From Eledone cirrhosa (taxonomy: Eukaryota), in assembly GCA_964016885.1 (NCBI GenBank), contig OZ024755.1:24862001-24926000 (forward strand): a DNA stretch of 64,000 nt. The letters run 5' to 3'. The position numbers and the translations under genes were made by a program. This document shows positions 62,131-64,000 of the stretch, in pieces (position 1 is the first letter of the stretch; every line of letters starts with the position of its first letter). A model generated the notes under the pieces. That model worked only from the letters and a program-made list of their open reading frames with translations, did no database searches and had not been told where the DNA came from.

Positions 62131-63464
62131 ATGTATGTATGTATGTGTGTGTGTGTGCGTGCGTGTGCGTGTGTGTGAAATGTGTATTACCCAATGCAAT
62201 TAACAATTTAAAAATAGTCGATAATTGTAAATAACAGCTGTCGGAAAAAGTAATCTTCATAGACGACGCACATATTTAAAAAAAAAAAATGATAATGAAA
62301 AACAACAAAGAAACAAAAGTTGGTAAATATTCTTCTGTTGAGCCAATCTAAACGGGATCTAGCTATGGAGATGTCATTAAAAGAGGGTTGCTCGTGGTCA
62401 ACCAAATAGTTCATCAAGAGATCACAACTCCCATATTACGAACGTGTGGATAGAATGTCTCAGGAAAGAATCGCTGCTGGATTGAATTTACAGGCAAAAC
62501 CAACCCACAGCAGATTCGTGGGTAGACTCCGAGCAGGATTGTTGGATACTGTGCATGAAGTTGGCTAGTCTCGCTTGAAGAGGAAGCCGCCTCAATCTGA
62601 GACGCCAGCTTCTGACAGGACTCACTGGAAGGTGAGCTTATAGATTCTGCCCCCACGACCCCAAGAAAAAGAAAAAGAAAAAGAAAAAGAAAAAGAATAA
62701 GAAGAACACAACGTCGACGACGACTTTGGAGAGAATTTTCCCCGGTTCAGTTTATTGCTGTTGGGTTAAACTGAGATAAATATGGGCATTTTCTTCATTT
62801 CACTATTTCTTTTATCTGTTTTTATTCTTATCATCGGAATTCCTTTTATGTCTTTTGGTTCAAAATCCTCTTCCCCATCGTTCTCCCTCTCTCTGTATCT
62901 CTCTTTGTTTTTCTCTGTATCTCCCCCCACACTCTCCCTCCCTTACTCTCTCTCTCTCTCTCTCATTTGCTCTATTTCTCTTGCTTTTCTGTTAGTTTTG
63001 CCCGCTTTACTAGATTCGTTGTAGATGCCAGTAGTTTTGGAAAAGCAGTTTATTTATTTATTAATTATTATTATTATTATTATTGGTGGTTACAGACATG
63101 TTTTGTAAGTTTCCGTAAGCTTATATATTTTTTGTGACAAAGGGAAATAAGACCTCAGTCTTTGCCCTGAAGAGGGAGACTCCATAATATTTGGGTCTTT
63201 GGGCCAAATATTCAATCTTTACAAATGTAATTTGCGCACTCCAGATTTGTAAAATGGAAGCGACACCTTCCTCCACACCTAGCAGCGAGAAAATCATGTC
63301 ATGTGACAACGCCTCGGAATGGAGTTCAAAGGTTGACAGTAGCGTCACCACCACAACCACCACCACCACCACAACCACCACCACCACAACCACCACCACT
63401 AACAACAAAAACAACAGCACCAACAACTGTAACGACAACAACAGTAACAAAAGCTACTTCTGAA

Positions 63465-63720
63465 AGGTCAGACAGTACAGAGTTATGGCCCTTTACGTTC
63501 TGAGTTCAAATCCCGCCGAGGTTAACTTTGCCTTTCATCCTTACGGGGTCGATAAAATAAAGCACCAGTAATGCACTGGGTAATTGCTGGCCTTGTGCCA
63601 AAAGTAGAAACAATTATATTACATTACATTATTGCCTTTTATCCTTACGGGGTCGATAAAATAAAGTACCAGTAATGCACTGTGTAATTGCTGGCCTTGT
63701 GCCTAAAGTAGAAACAATTA
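63465..63720 (+). mobile_element. Two tandem SINE copies (dominant family)
   Basis: ctgagttcaaatcccgccgaggttaactttgcctttcatccttacggggtcgataaaat; the 3' half repeats at 63632-63720. Confidence 0.9.
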
Positions 63721-64000
63721 CATTAGAATATAATATATTATATTGTGTTATATTACATTATATTGTGTTATATTATATTATATTATACCATTATCAGTTA
63801 TTATTATCAAAATTTAAATAACTCGCAGCGTGTGCTGTCTTCAACTACTGATTAGTCCCAGGAGTCACAGATACAGCTTGTTTTTTTACATTTCCTAAGA
63901 TATATAGAGTATATAGATATATAGATATAGATATATATAGTATATAGATATACAGATATATGATATAAAGATATATAGTTATATAGTAAAGATATATATT

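Overview
AT-rich, repeat-saturated eukaryotic DNA. The SINE families, huge (TA)n-derived satellites and LINE/mariner/Penelope debris suggest an octopus or other coleoid cephalopod; this is inferred from repeat content only. No intact host protein-coding gene is recognisable, and most long ORFs in the track are microsatellite artefacts. Supported content: several RTE-clade LINE fragments (one with a twin-priming-type 5' inversion), CR1-like and CRE-like LINE ends, a decayed mariner transposase, Tc1/mariner, hAT and piggyBac MITEs with TSDs, and many tRNA-type SINE copies. There are also two near-identical 0.6-kb (TATG)n-embedded elements and Penelope-like (PLE) RT remnants. Three signals go beyond routine annotation. 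(1) About 15 minimal type-I hammerhead ribozyme motifs from many unrelated short elements, often inside fold-back palindromes, often followed by AATAAA, and including core variants (U3-A8, C4, U9). (2) A self-duplicated 0-9.6 kb block with diverged inverted modules carrying a conserved hairpin and a small RGD-containing ORF whose two copies differ largely at synonymous sites. (3) A second CpG-rich islet with tandem small basic ORFs (13.6-14.4 kb) next to a hammerhead element, bracketed by a 55-bp direct repeat. All alignments and folds were done by eye.
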